NCBI GenBank assembly: GCA_964610875.1
Contig: CAZSWP010000013.1
Span: 18,872 to 82,871 of the forward strand
Direction of reading: 5' to 3'
From: an uncultured archaeon
GTDB lineage: Archaea > Asgardarchaeota > Thorarchaeia > Thorarchaeales > Thorarchaeaceae
DNA length: 64,000 nucleotides
The position numbers were made by a program, and so were the translations under genes. The notes under the pieces were generated by a model. That model did not search any database, was not told where the DNA came from, and worked only from the letters and a program-made list of their open reading frames with translations. Of this stretch, positions 10,355 through 19,606 are shown piece by piece; the first letter of the stretch is position 1, and each line of letters opens with the position of its first letter.

Positions 10355-13105
10355 TCAGTAGTATTCTTCATTTTTGATTTCCAGATATTCTCTAGTAGAA
10401 GTTGGTAGCTGAACAATATAACTGGATGGCATGTGTTCTTTTATGATTCTCATCAATTGTGAGAATTCTAAAGGATCCATTTCTTCATCAACTTTCATTT
10501 TCAAAAACTGCAATAAAGAATCCAATAACTGATCATCTATAAAAAAGGGTTCAATAGATAACATAATTTCGATTTCTTCATTTTTTGTTTTTGATGACTG
10601 TAGTTTTGAAATATATTCATCTCTTTTTGAAAGGATGGCATCTCGTACTTTTCGTGATTGATAGAGATGGGGAAAAGATACCAATTGCTTTATTGGGTTG
10701 GTATGCTTTATTGGTTTGAGAATCAAACTCTCAACATTGTCGATTACCCTCTTATCTCTACTAGCATGTTTTAAGGAACATTCAAAGGATTTGTGAATAA
10801 TCCAATCAGTGGCATCAACAACGACATTTTCAAATACGATTTTCTTGAATATTTCTCTAGAATGTCCCGAGAAATGAAATCTATGGTCTATTGTCCCTAT
10901 TACATCCAATGGGTTTTCTGAGAGTATTATTTTTTCAAAGAGTGCCTTCAGGATGGAGGGATGTTCAGTAAGAATTCTAAATTTCGAGATTGTTTCTACC
11001 ACTCGCCAAAAGTTATCCTCATCTGTAAACATAGCAATGATATCTTCTATTCTTTCTACAATAATCTCTATAAGCTCGTATTTTCTCTGAAATTTGGGAA
11101 TAAACGATATTGCATTTAAAATGGATAAATCAATATGACTGTTTTTCAAATACTTAATGAAAACCATATTTAGAAGGTTAACTGTTGTGTTATCTTTTGT
11201 TCTAACAAGATTCTCTATTTCATATGTCTTGATTCGTTCCGAATTATCTCGAAGTGAAAGAGAAATTTCAAGTAGTCTTTTGCTAATGGTAGGTTCATTT
11301 TGAGTAGTAATCAATCTTTCTGGACGGTGAGATGTATTTTTAGTTATTTCTTCCAATTGTTTAGCTATAACTTTACCAGCTTGAAGATGGTCTTTCAAAT
11401 AGTCACACGCCCTAATTTGCCGCTCAATTGAATCAAGCGTATACCTCTCTCGAATTAATTTAATTTTAGATGGGAATTGCTCAATGAAGCCATCAATGCG
11501 ATTCATTAGCCATTGGTTATCATAGAAGTCTGGTACAGAAACTACTTCTCTGATAAATGAGATGAACTCAACAATATTATCTTTATATACAACTTGCTCT
11601 TTTTTTAGTTTCAGTTTGAGAACCAATTCTCTACGAAAACATACATGGCGCATTACCTGACATATTTTGGATAATGTCCAGTACATCGGATATTTCCTGA
11701 AGGAATTAACAACCAAACTGACTACATCCTCCTTTTTTTCATTGGGAGCAACAGAATAGAGAATATTCGCATATTTTGCTAGGCCCCTCCCTTCATGATA
11801 CCTATCAATCTGGCACTTGAGTTTTTCATAACTTTTTTTTGATTCAGAAAGTATTCCTATATAATATGGGCAAGCATTTACATATTCAAGTAAAGCCTCA
11901 GGGTTGACAGAAGTTGTTATGGCTTTAAGTAACTCATCTTGAGTCAATGTTGCGGATGTGTTTCCTGGAATCAAATGAAGAGCAGTTTCAACAATCATTT
12001 GCTCGAAGCTGCTACTAGGAAGATGTCTCCTATTAGGAGAGGCTTTCGAATCTCTTTTTGTAGCATAAAAAAAGCCATCTAGGAAATTAGATAATCCAGC
12101 TGCTGTAATAACATCAGGTCCTTCGGACTGTTCTGCAACTTTCCATAGAAGCAGAATAGATGCGGCACGTCTTTGCCAGATTTTACTTTTCAGTCCATTT
12201 CTAATTCTTTGTATCATAGACGGATTCTCTATGACCATCTGAACAATCTCATGTATAGCTTCATCTGTAGGCTCATATTTTTCACTATTATCTGTAAGAT
12301 CAAATCCATACAATGTAAATTTCTTTGCAATCCATCTGAGAATTCGCCACACTGGAATGTCTATTTTATGTTTGATTGCATAGAGAATTAGTTCTGCGTG
12401 AATCTTATTCGAATTGACTATCTCGATTACTGCATTTCTGATTTTGGGACTAACATAATACTGGGCTAGATAACAAGCGCCAGCTGATATTTCTGTATCA
12501 GAGTGTTTTATGCAGCGAAGCAATTCATCTGGACTAATTGGTATCGACAGATTGTCAACCCATTTTTTCATAGCCACATTATTTCCATGGAACGGGTCTC
12601 TACAACCATATCTCATTATTTCTTCTATAGCTTTGCTAGTATTACGTTTTGATTTTAGTAAGATCACCTCTGAACACAAATCATAGTCATCACCCATATT
12701 TGACACTGAGTAGTAATCACCTGGATCCTCACCTAAGCCTTCTAAAACTGCAATGGTTCCTTCGTTCAGTCCACCCCATTCTTTGTATAGATAGTTTTGT
12801 AATTTAGGAATCACTTCTTTACCCATAGATATTATTCCATTTACAATTCTATCATCAACACAGCTGCCACAATCCCACTTTCTATGAATCCAGTACAACT
12901 CTTTCACAAGTTTGTCAAAGGCATCTAATCCTTGAAGTTGAACAATAGCTTCTATAGCAAGTTCTACCAAGTCACTATCTCCTGCCCATGGACTAACCCA
13001 ATCCAGAAGAGATAGAAAACTCTCCATTTTCGAAACGATTTCAGTTCTATTATATCTGATTGCTATTCTGACAGCAGACTCCAAAGCTTCATAGCTTGTA
13101 TCCAC
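10355..13105 (-). CDS. Large helical (HEAT-like) hypothetical protein
   Basis: 916-aa AT-rich ORF; in-frame TAA at 13109-13111 just upstream. Confidence 0.65.
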   Translation of the reverse strand: MDTSYEALESAVRIAIRYNRTEIVSKMESFLSLLDWVSPWAGDSDLVELAIEAIVQLQGLDAFDKLVKELYWIHRKWDCGSCVDDRIVNGIISMGKEVIPKLQNYLYKEWGGLNEGTIAVLEGLGEDPGDYYSVSNMGDDYDLCSEVILLKSKRNTSKAIEEIMRYGCRDPFHGNNVAMKKWVDNLSIPISPDELLRCIKHSDTEISAGACYLAQYYVSPKIRNAVIEIVNSNKIHAELILYAIKHKIDIPVWRILRWIAKKFTLYGFDLTDNSEKYEPTDEAIHEIVQMVIENPSMIQRIRNGLKSKIWQRRAASILLLWKVAEQSEGPDVITAAGLSNFLDGFFYATKRDSKASPNRRHLPSSSFEQMIVETALHLIPGNTSATLTQDELLKAITTSVNPEALLEYVNACPYYIGILSESKKSYEKLKCQIDRYHEGRGLAKYANILYSVAPNEKKEDVVSLVVNSFRKYPMYWTLSKICQVMRHVCFRRELVLKLKLKKEQVVYKDNIVEFISFIREVVSVPDFYDNQWLMNRIDGFIEQFPSKIKLIRERYTLDSIERQIRACDYLKDHLQAGKVIAKQLEEITKNTSHRPERLITTQNEPTISKRLLEISLSLRDNSERIKTYEIENLVRTKDNTTVNLLNMVFIKYLKNSHIDLSILNAISFIPKFQRKYELIEIIVERIEDIIAMFTDEDNFWRVVETISKFRILTEHPSILKALFEKIILSENPLDVIGTIDHRFHFSGHSREIFKKIVFENVVVDATDWIIHKSFECSLKHASRDKRVIDNVESLILKPIKHTNPIKQLVSFPHLYQSRKVRDAILSKRDEYISKLQSSKTKNEEIEIMLSIEPFFIDDQLLDSLLQFLKMKVDEEMDPLEFSQLMRIIKEHMPSSYIVQLPTSTREYLEIKNEEYY

Positions 13106-13541
13106 TGTTTATAGAAGTGGAATAATGTTCAAATCTGATTCAATTGTCAATTATCCAAGAAGAGAGAGTCTTGTCTTGCACCACTGAACCTACACCTTTT
13201 CTTATGGTGTGAAAAATAAAATAGAAATAATCTGAGCGATGGTTGTAGACATCACCCAGTGACCAAATATTCTGATTGCTTTTCTCTTGCTACCCCTAAC
13301 CCGTATCTGTCCTATTCCAAACACCTAACTCCATTCCACTCCCATGAGAATGGAAGACATAATCTCATATGAAATGATTGATTTCTTTGAATACAGAAAC
13401 CAGAACTCTTTTCTACTACCACTTAGCTAAACATTATTGGTTAGGAGTAAGATTCTGGTGTTCCTGGCGTAACAGGGCCACACCTTTAGTCCTTGGTAGG
13501 AGATTGCATCCCTTGCTTACTCCCAACAATAGCACAAGTGG

Positions 13542-14072
13542 GTGAGGTCTATGTCCATTGAAGGAATTGATGATAGAGGTTTACTGGTCGAGCCATTAGA
13601 GCAGAGCTGGTTCAAGAAATTCATTACAGTCTGGTCAAATCCGAGCTTTGGACAGGTCTATGTTAACAAGAATAGCATGACTGTAAACATCTATCTCGGA
13701 TTCAGGATGCTTCAGGGAAAGGTTCTCATCTGGTCCGCAAAGCGAAATATCAGATGGGTAACAAAGAAATGGTTCAAGCAAGGACATCAAATGCTTCTTT
13801 ACAAAAACAAGTCCGTTGTAAAAGCCAATCTGATAGTTGAAACTCCAGCAGGAGAGATCATTCCAGATGAGGAGTTCTACAAGATAAGTGATAGAGATTA
13901 TAGCATCCTTCGTGAGTATTTCAATAGGAAAGAGGTCAGAGATGAACTGAAAAGATTGGCTGAACAGATTGAGAGTAAGATATACCTGTTCAGGGTTGGA
14001 ATGCCAGTCGAGTTCATTCTTCCCATTATCATTCCAATCATTGTAGTGCTACTGATTATTTTATTTTATTAG
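13542..14072 (+). CDS. Hypothetical protein with C-terminal TM
   Basis: 176-aa ORF; GGTGAGG RBS-like motif near the start. Confidence 0.6.
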   Translation: MRSMSIEGIDDRGLLVEPLEQSWFKKFITVWSNPSFGQVYVNKNSMTVNIYLGFRMLQGKVLIWSAKRNIRWVTKKWFKQGHQMLLYKNKSVVKANLIVETPAGEIIPDEEFYKISDRDYSILREYFNRKEVRDELKRLAEQIESKIYLFRVGMPVEFILPIIIPIIVVLLIILFY

Positions 14073-14288
14073 TGATACACTAATATCCTGAATGCATCAA
14101 TTTGTACAAAAAGATACAAGACATTATATTGTTTCCGAGTTAATCAATGGTGAGAGGGCAATCTCGTTGGTCTTTCCATATTTTGAAACAAACCTTCCTA
14201 TGTGTTTCATCAAGGCAATATTAATTGAACATCTAGGAGTCTGGGATGGTATAGTAGAATCGAAAAAAGAGTCCATCTGACCTTTTTG

Positions 14289-14477
14289 CTACTCCACCGT
14301 AATCTGCACCGTCACACTCCCATCCTTCGACGGAATCAACACCATCCGCGTTTCAATGACCGCCCCAGTCCTCACCGCTCGCTCATGCAACGGCTTCGGC
14401 ACGGTCAGGACTTCCTGATTACCGAGCGTGAACACGCTCATCACAAAGCTCTTCGTGTTCTCCTTGTGTCGTCCCAT
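14289..14477 (-). CDS. Small protein, possibly AbrB-like fold
   Basis: 62 aa, GC-rich, GGAG RBS; 'LTVPK.L' motif reminiscent of AbrB/MazE. Confidence 0.45.
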   Translation of the reverse strand: MGRHKENTKSFVMSVFTLGNQEVLTVPKPLHERAVRTGAVIETRMVLIPSKDGSVTVQITVE

Positions 14478-14794
14478 GTTCGTCGATAGCTCCTAGACTA
14501 TACAGGAATCTCCCAGTCAGCAGTGAACCGATGTCCCTGTGCAATCAGGTTCCGTAACCACTCTAATAAGAACCGATTAAGTGTAGACTTGTTCTTGATG
14601 TCAACTGTGTCGGGCGTAGGATAGGAATCGCCAAGCTGGAGTGCCTTGGCAGACTATTTAAGCCCCACACGAATTACTAAGTAATAAAGAGGTCTCACTG
14701 CACGGTCATGTGAATCGCCAAGTTCTATGCGCTGTGTGGTGGGGCCACCTTCCAGCTATCCATAGAATACTCTTTCTTTTCAAAAAGGCAATGA

Positions 14795-14835
14795 GAAAAA
14801 TAGATTGTGAAGGTGAGCCTTGCAGCTCTACCTTC
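14795..14835 (-). terminator. Hairpin plus U-run after the actin stop
   Basis: GAAGGTAGAGC-TGCAAG-GCTCACCTTC then ...TATTTTT; homologous hairpin in each displaced copy. Confidence 0.6.
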
Positions 14836-14850
14836 TAAACTAACAACCCG

Positions 14851-16020
14851 TTAGATACATCGGTGAATTACTTCAGGTCCAGCTTCCTCAAACTCTTTCC
14901 GAGATACCCACATTTACCACGCAGCAACGGAAATCGGTGCCGCTTTTTGGAACGTTTTCAGCGAAGCTAGAATGCTTCCGCCAATCCAGACAGAGTATTG
15001 TCTCTCGGGTGGAGCGATGATGCGTACCTCGATGTTCTCTGGGACTAGTTCGGTGATCTCCTTATGGAGTCGTTCCTTGAGTCCTGGGAACATGGTTGAA
15101 CCGCCTGATAGTACAATGTTGGCGTACAGGTCACGTCGCAAGTCTACATCGCAAGCCTTGATCGACTCGACAATGTGTTCATCCAGTGGGATTGAGTCTA
15201 GACCTATTGCGCTTGGGTTGAAGAACAGCTCGGGTGCTTGGAACCTCTCTGCACCAACAGTGATTACTTCACCGTCTGGTAGCATGTAGGGTTTGTCAAC
15301 ACCAGCCTTGTCGGCCACTGTCCTCTCGCGCTCTGGGTCAAGAGCAACGTAACAGAGTTTCTCTTTTACATCACGGACAATCTCTTTCTCTGCACCGCTC
15401 ACGAATGAGTAACCTCTCTGTCTGAGAAGTCTGCGCAGGTACTCGGTGATGTCACGACCAGCAAGGTCGATTCGTTTGATTGCGTGGTTGATTGAGAAAC
15501 CTTCGTACACAGGTACAATGTGTGTGACACCGTCACCAGAGTCGATGACGAGACCTGTGGTTCTTCCGGATGCGTATAGTGATAGCACAGCCTGTGTTGC
15601 GACATAGACGGCAGGTATGCCGAAGTTGTCGAACATGACAGATGCCATGCGTTCACGATTCTCTCTTGGGTTGTATGGTGCTTCAGTGAGAAGCACGGGG
15701 TTCTCGCTGGGATCAACTTTCAAGTCGTTGTAGAAAGTGTAACTCCAGATTTTTTCGATTGCGTCCCAGTCGTCAATTACACCGTGTGTAATTGGGTAGA
15801 CGAGTCTGAGCACACCACGGAGGTTGATTGCCTCTTCACCAATGTAGTAATCCCTTGTGTAGTGATCGACGTCCGTCATAATGGACTCGTATCGTGGATA
15901 TCCAATTAGTGTAGGCCATACACTTCGTGGCTGATCTTCACCAGCGTAACCGTTCTTACTCAGGCCAGTACCATTGTCAATGACAATTGGTTTACTGCCC
16001 ATGTAATCTTCCTCAGCCAT
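14851..16020 (-). CDS. Asgard actin (Lokiactin-type), 379 aa after removal of a 30-nt intron; exons 16020-14945 and 14914-14851
   Basis: [32 protein letters not shown] and [12 protein letters not shown] motifs; the conserved tail [20 protein letters not shown] resumes in frame after the insertion. Confidence 0.95.
14915..14944 (-). other. Candidate 30-nt BHB-type intron in actin mRNA
   Basis: Contains an in-frame TAA; internal stem GCGGCA/UGCUGC; central helix CCAA/GUGG flanked by 3-nt bulges AAA and UAA; removal gives FQK-MWV. Confidence 0.8.
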
Positions 16021-16083
16021 GGTTTATCGGTCCTCGTTTTTTTTTTCTCGTTGTGCGCACTTTAGAAGAGTTCAGACTCTTAG

Positions 16084-16095
16084 TATAAAGCTTCC
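16084..16095 (-). promoter_or_regulatory. Putative BRE/TATA of actin
   Basis: GGAAGC-TTTATA about 65 nt upstream of the ATG. Confidence 0.45.
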
Positions 16096-16524
16096 AAAAC
16101 TCTGTGCTACGTCATTCGAGAGCTGCTTCCTTAATAACTATTATCAGGTTGTCAAACACATATTTGATATATATATATTATGTATTTTGGGTGGAAGAGG
16201 GCGTTAGAGTGCAGAGTGGGCGGAAAATGGCGTTTCGGGCAGCTTAGCTGCCTTTCCGTATTATGTGTATACATACTCAGACAATAGCTGGTCAGCTTTG
16301 TTATTTTGACTACAAAATATATATATGTCATATAGTTCTTAGCAAGCAGCAAGAGGTAATATTTCCCATATGAGTAAAACCCCGTACTGCACAGAAATTC
16401 TAGAGATAGTGGTATGATGCAAAATCTGCCACTTCCAGTCCCTAAACGATAGATAATTCAAGTTGAAAAATGGGTTTTGTACATAGAAATTCATCTTCGG
16501 GAAAGAAAAAACAGGTGAAACAGA

Positions 16525-17334
16525 ATGTTCAGACTAAGTACAGACGACGTGGTACGCAGAGAGATAGAGAGTGTACGAGCCCGACAGGTCATACTGGACC
16601 AATTAGAGGGAGGTCCAAAGACAGGGACTGAACTGCGAGAAGCCATTCGCAAAGATATGACGGGACAGGTCATTGAGAAGAAAGGTAGACGAGTCAAGGA
16701 TGAGAAGATTGTTGTTTCAGACCCGAAACTCTATCACAACACAAGCCATCTTGAGAAGATGGGTATCATAAAGAGTAGGAGGCAGTCAAGAGAACGCGTC
16801 TTCGAACTCACACTTCATTCATACCATCCTGTGAGACGAGCATTACGCGAGTTGGGAGTGGTTGAAGTAGAAACCCCGGTGGCTTTTGTTGTCAACATGA
16901 AGATGCCAGACGACCAGAGACCTTTCGCACTCTGGTTGAACAAGACAAAGGCTTTCAAGCCACACAGTCTGATGTTCTTCACCGAGGAACGGGGATGGAA
17001 AGGCCAGGTACTGAAGGCCTTTGACAGATATGCCACACGGCCATGGGACATTCACTGGCACAGTATACCCTTGGAGATCACTGGTGCCTATGAGGATGCA
17101 CAACATGGAAACATCCGAGCAGTCTACGAATTCATCCAGGACAGGATAGTAGAGTTGATACCTACACACGATGTGGTCATCGACCTCTCAATGGGTACAC
17201 CCTTGACCTTGCTGGCAATGGCACGTATTGCTGAAGAGTACTCACTCAGAGCAGTTCACGTAGAGAACTATGAGGTGGACAAAACCCGCATCATACAGTA
17301 CTATCCTAGAACCAGCGATACCAATGCGTGGTAA
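16525..17334 (+). CDS. Winged-helix protein with a C-terminal CARF-like Rossmann domain
   Basis: N-terminal IL..L..GPK...EL / LY.....LEK.GII wHTH; C-terminal VVIDLSMGT..L.AM motif. Confidence 0.6.
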   Translation: MFRLSTDDVVRREIESVRARQVILDQLEGGPKTGTELREAIRKDMTGQVIEKKGRRVKDEKIVVSDPKLYHNTSHLEKMGIIKSRRQSRERVFELTLHSYHPVRRALRELGVVEVETPVAFVVNMKMPDDQRPFALWLNKTKAFKPHSLMFFTEERGWKGQVLKAFDRYATRPWDIHWHSIPLEITGAYEDAQHGNIRAVYEFIQDRIVELIPTHDVVIDLSMGTPLTLLAMARIAEEYSLRAVHVENYEVDKTRIIQYYPRTSDTNAW

Positions 17335-17346
17335 GAGGAATAGACC

Positions 17347-18036
17347 ATGAGCCCTGATAGCATCCCCACACTAAAATGGGAGAGTATCGATATCAAAAAA
17401 GAACTAGAAGTGATCGTGTCTATCATAGAAGATGAGGTACAGAAGACACCAAGGCGTAACACACGAACTCTTGGTAAACTGAGAAGGTGGAAGACCGAGT
17501 GTAAACAGATTCAAGTAGGACTGCAAAAAATCAAGAAACATATCAAACCACATCTTCAGGGTCTCTTCGGACTCGACTTGGACAGGAATGGATTACTCAC
17601 TGCTGCAATGTTCCAACCTAGTACTAGGAACTTATTCCTCGAGATGCGAATCCATTACGTTGTATCAAAAGAGCGCCTCTTGGATCTTCATACAGTAGAT
17701 GAACTGGCATCATTGAGCGACTTTGCAAAAGTACTTGCACTCTTGGGAGATGCAGCAATAGACATGGCAATCTTACACCATCTCTGGCAACCAAGAGCTG
17801 TGGATGTTGGTCAACTGACCCAAGAACGTGCTCGAATCGTCAGTAATGAACATCTCGCAGAAAAATGCGACGAATGGAAACTCTATGAGAATAGAATTCA
17901 TTTCGACCCTGCTACACCATCAAAGTCAGAGATAGAACATATCAAGGGTACACTGGTGGAGGCAATCTTTGGAGTCATGTATTTAGAAGCAGGGTATAGA
18001 GAGGCACTAGAGAGTGTTGTGTATCTACTTGATTGA
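17347..18036 (+). CDS. Ribonuclease III-domain protein (divergent)
   Basis: LALLGDAAID, R..IVSN..LA and GTLVEAIFG.MYLE motifs; no dsRBD. Confidence 0.75.
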   Translation: MSPDSIPTLKWESIDIKKELEVIVSIIEDEVQKTPRRNTRTLGKLRRWKTECKQIQVGLQKIKKHIKPHLQGLFGLDLDRNGLLTAAMFQPSTRNLFLEMRIHYVVSKERLLDLHTVDELASLSDFAKVLALLGDAAIDMAILHHLWQPRAVDVGQLTQERARIVSNEHLAEKCDEWKLYENRIHFDPATPSKSEIEHIKGTLVEAIFGVMYLEAGYREALESVVYLLD

Positions 18037-18037
18037 C

Positions 18038-19546
18038 TCAGTATTCAGAGAATCCATATTCATCTTCACGATGAGAAGTATTTCTTACTACAGGAAACAT
18101 CCTCTCAAATTTCGACCTCACTCTAGATGCTGTACTCGGGTCAGAATACACACGAATTGATGGAATGGTCCTTTGTTGCTGACTAAGTACCTCTAAGAGA
18201 GGACGACCCTCTTCGGTATCACTCAATCTTACAAGATCAAAGCCATCATCACCACCAACAAGGACATCTATTTGACTCAGAAAATTCTCTCCAAGAACGG
18301 GATTGACTACATCGATAATGACTTTCCCCTCATCTTCCTCCAATTCCAATTCAGCCTCTATGAGAGCATCAATATCACTGTTCATATTTAGAATGCGTCT
18401 CTGAACATCAATGTCAAATGATGAAATAGGTCTTGAAGTTATAACTTTGAACAATCGTCGATATCGGATACGAGCCACATACTCCCTGACAAAATCAATA
18501 TCGGATTCTTCTAACCACCGATACAAATCTGCGTCAGTCATTCTCGTGAAAAAGCCGATACATTCGTTCTTTGAGAGGTCCTCTTCTCGCATCCTGAAGT
18601 AGGTCGCCTTTGAAATGAGAGCTTCAGCGACTCGTACAGCATGATGGAAATAGAGATCAGATAACATCCAACTCCTACTAAGTATCAATGCTTCAAGTGA
18701 GTGTAAAGCTTTTAGCATGAATGCACGTTTGAACATGCCATCATCATCCCTCACAACACGGTTTGTTAGAAGTACTCTCTCTGCAGGAAATACGCCAAGT
18801 TCAACCCCACTGAAATGAGCATCACGAATCAGATAGTCAGTCTTGTCAATGTCCAATGGGCTGTCAACAAATTCAGAGAGTAATCTAAGTAGAGGCTCCG
18901 AGGACCTTCGTTTCAGGATGGATACAACTGATTGGGGATCTATATTATTTCTTGAGAGGGTATCAGCCACATCACTATGTAGAATTAGAAATTCACCCAA
19001 ATCAGTATGACTGAGACCGGACCAACTATGTAGTGAGAACTCGATTGTGTGAGAAGTAGGAGGGTGTCCAATATCATGAAGAAGTGCAGCGGCACGAAAG
19101 AGTTTCTGGTGATGTTCATCCAAGAGCTGGGAAAGAGGTTTGAAACGTGCACTATCCATATCGTCACAATAATTCACAACGCGGATACTCTTCTGAGCCA
19201 AGAAATTAGTGCCTATGCAATGTTCGAATCTTGTATGAGTTGCTCCAGGATACACAATATGAGCAGGACCAAGCTGTTTTACATAACGTAGTCGAAGGAA
19301 CTCCCATCCCGAAATTAAATCCAACTCCCACGGTTCCAACATAATAGCCCCATGTATTGGGTCTTGGATTGCTTTCTGTCGAGTATGGGGTTCACCAAGT
19401 GCCAATATTCGTTTGTGTTCTATTATCCGTTCAGTTATTTTCGACCAATCAGCACCACCCTGCGCCTTTGCATCCTTTATCCGGTGTTCGCACAATCCAG
19501 TTAGTCGTATCAGATTCACAAGATCTGTATCAAACCCTTCCAGCAT
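18038..19546 (-). CDS. HD-domain phosphohydrolase (SAMHD1/dNTPase-like)
   Basis: DPIHG, RLR...QLG...VYPGA.HTRFEH, LLHDIGH and DK.DYL.RD motifs. Confidence 0.9.
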   Translation of the reverse strand: MLEGFDTDLVNLIRLTGLCEHRIKDAKAQGGADWSKITERIIEHKRILALGEPHTRQKAIQDPIHGAIMLEPWELDLISGWEFLRLRYVKQLGPAHIVYPGATHTRFEHCIGTNFLAQKSIRVVNYCDDMDSARFKPLSQLLDEHHQKLFRAAALLHDIGHPPTSHTIEFSLHSWSGLSHTDLGEFLILHSDVADTLSRNNIDPQSVVSILKRRSSEPLLRLLSEFVDSPLDIDKTDYLIRDAHFSGVELGVFPAERVLLTNRVVRDDDGMFKRAFMLKALHSLEALILSRSWMLSDLYFHHAVRVAEALISKATYFRMREEDLSKNECIGFFTRMTDADLYRWLEESDIDFVREYVARIRYRRLFKVITSRPISSFDIDVQRRILNMNSDIDALIEAELELEEDEGKVIIDVVNPVLGENFLSQIDVLVGGDDGFDLVRLSDTEEGRPLLEVLSQQQRTIPSIRVYSDPSTASRVRSKFERMFPVVRNTSHREDEYGFSEY

Positions 19547-19606
19547 GGAAAACAGCTCGAGTCCTCCATAGCTGGAACCAAGATATAAAGTGTGTAGAAA
19601 ACCAAG

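Larger units (their letters stand above)
6421..14850. mobile_element. Tandem accessory-cassette island integrated at the actin 3' end
   Basis: Three direct repeats of the actin 3' end separate blocks of AT-rich accessory genes including a toxin-antitoxin pair; no integrase seen. Confidence 0.6.

Noticed and set aside
14914-16020. Actin as a natural 368-aa protein ending in AAPISVAAW
   Set aside because: The conserved 20-aa tail follows in frame and is preserved at the amino-acid level, so the odd tail is better explained as translated intron
16166-16180. (AT)n run upstream of actin
   Set aside because: Short low-complexity promoter-region tract with no further support
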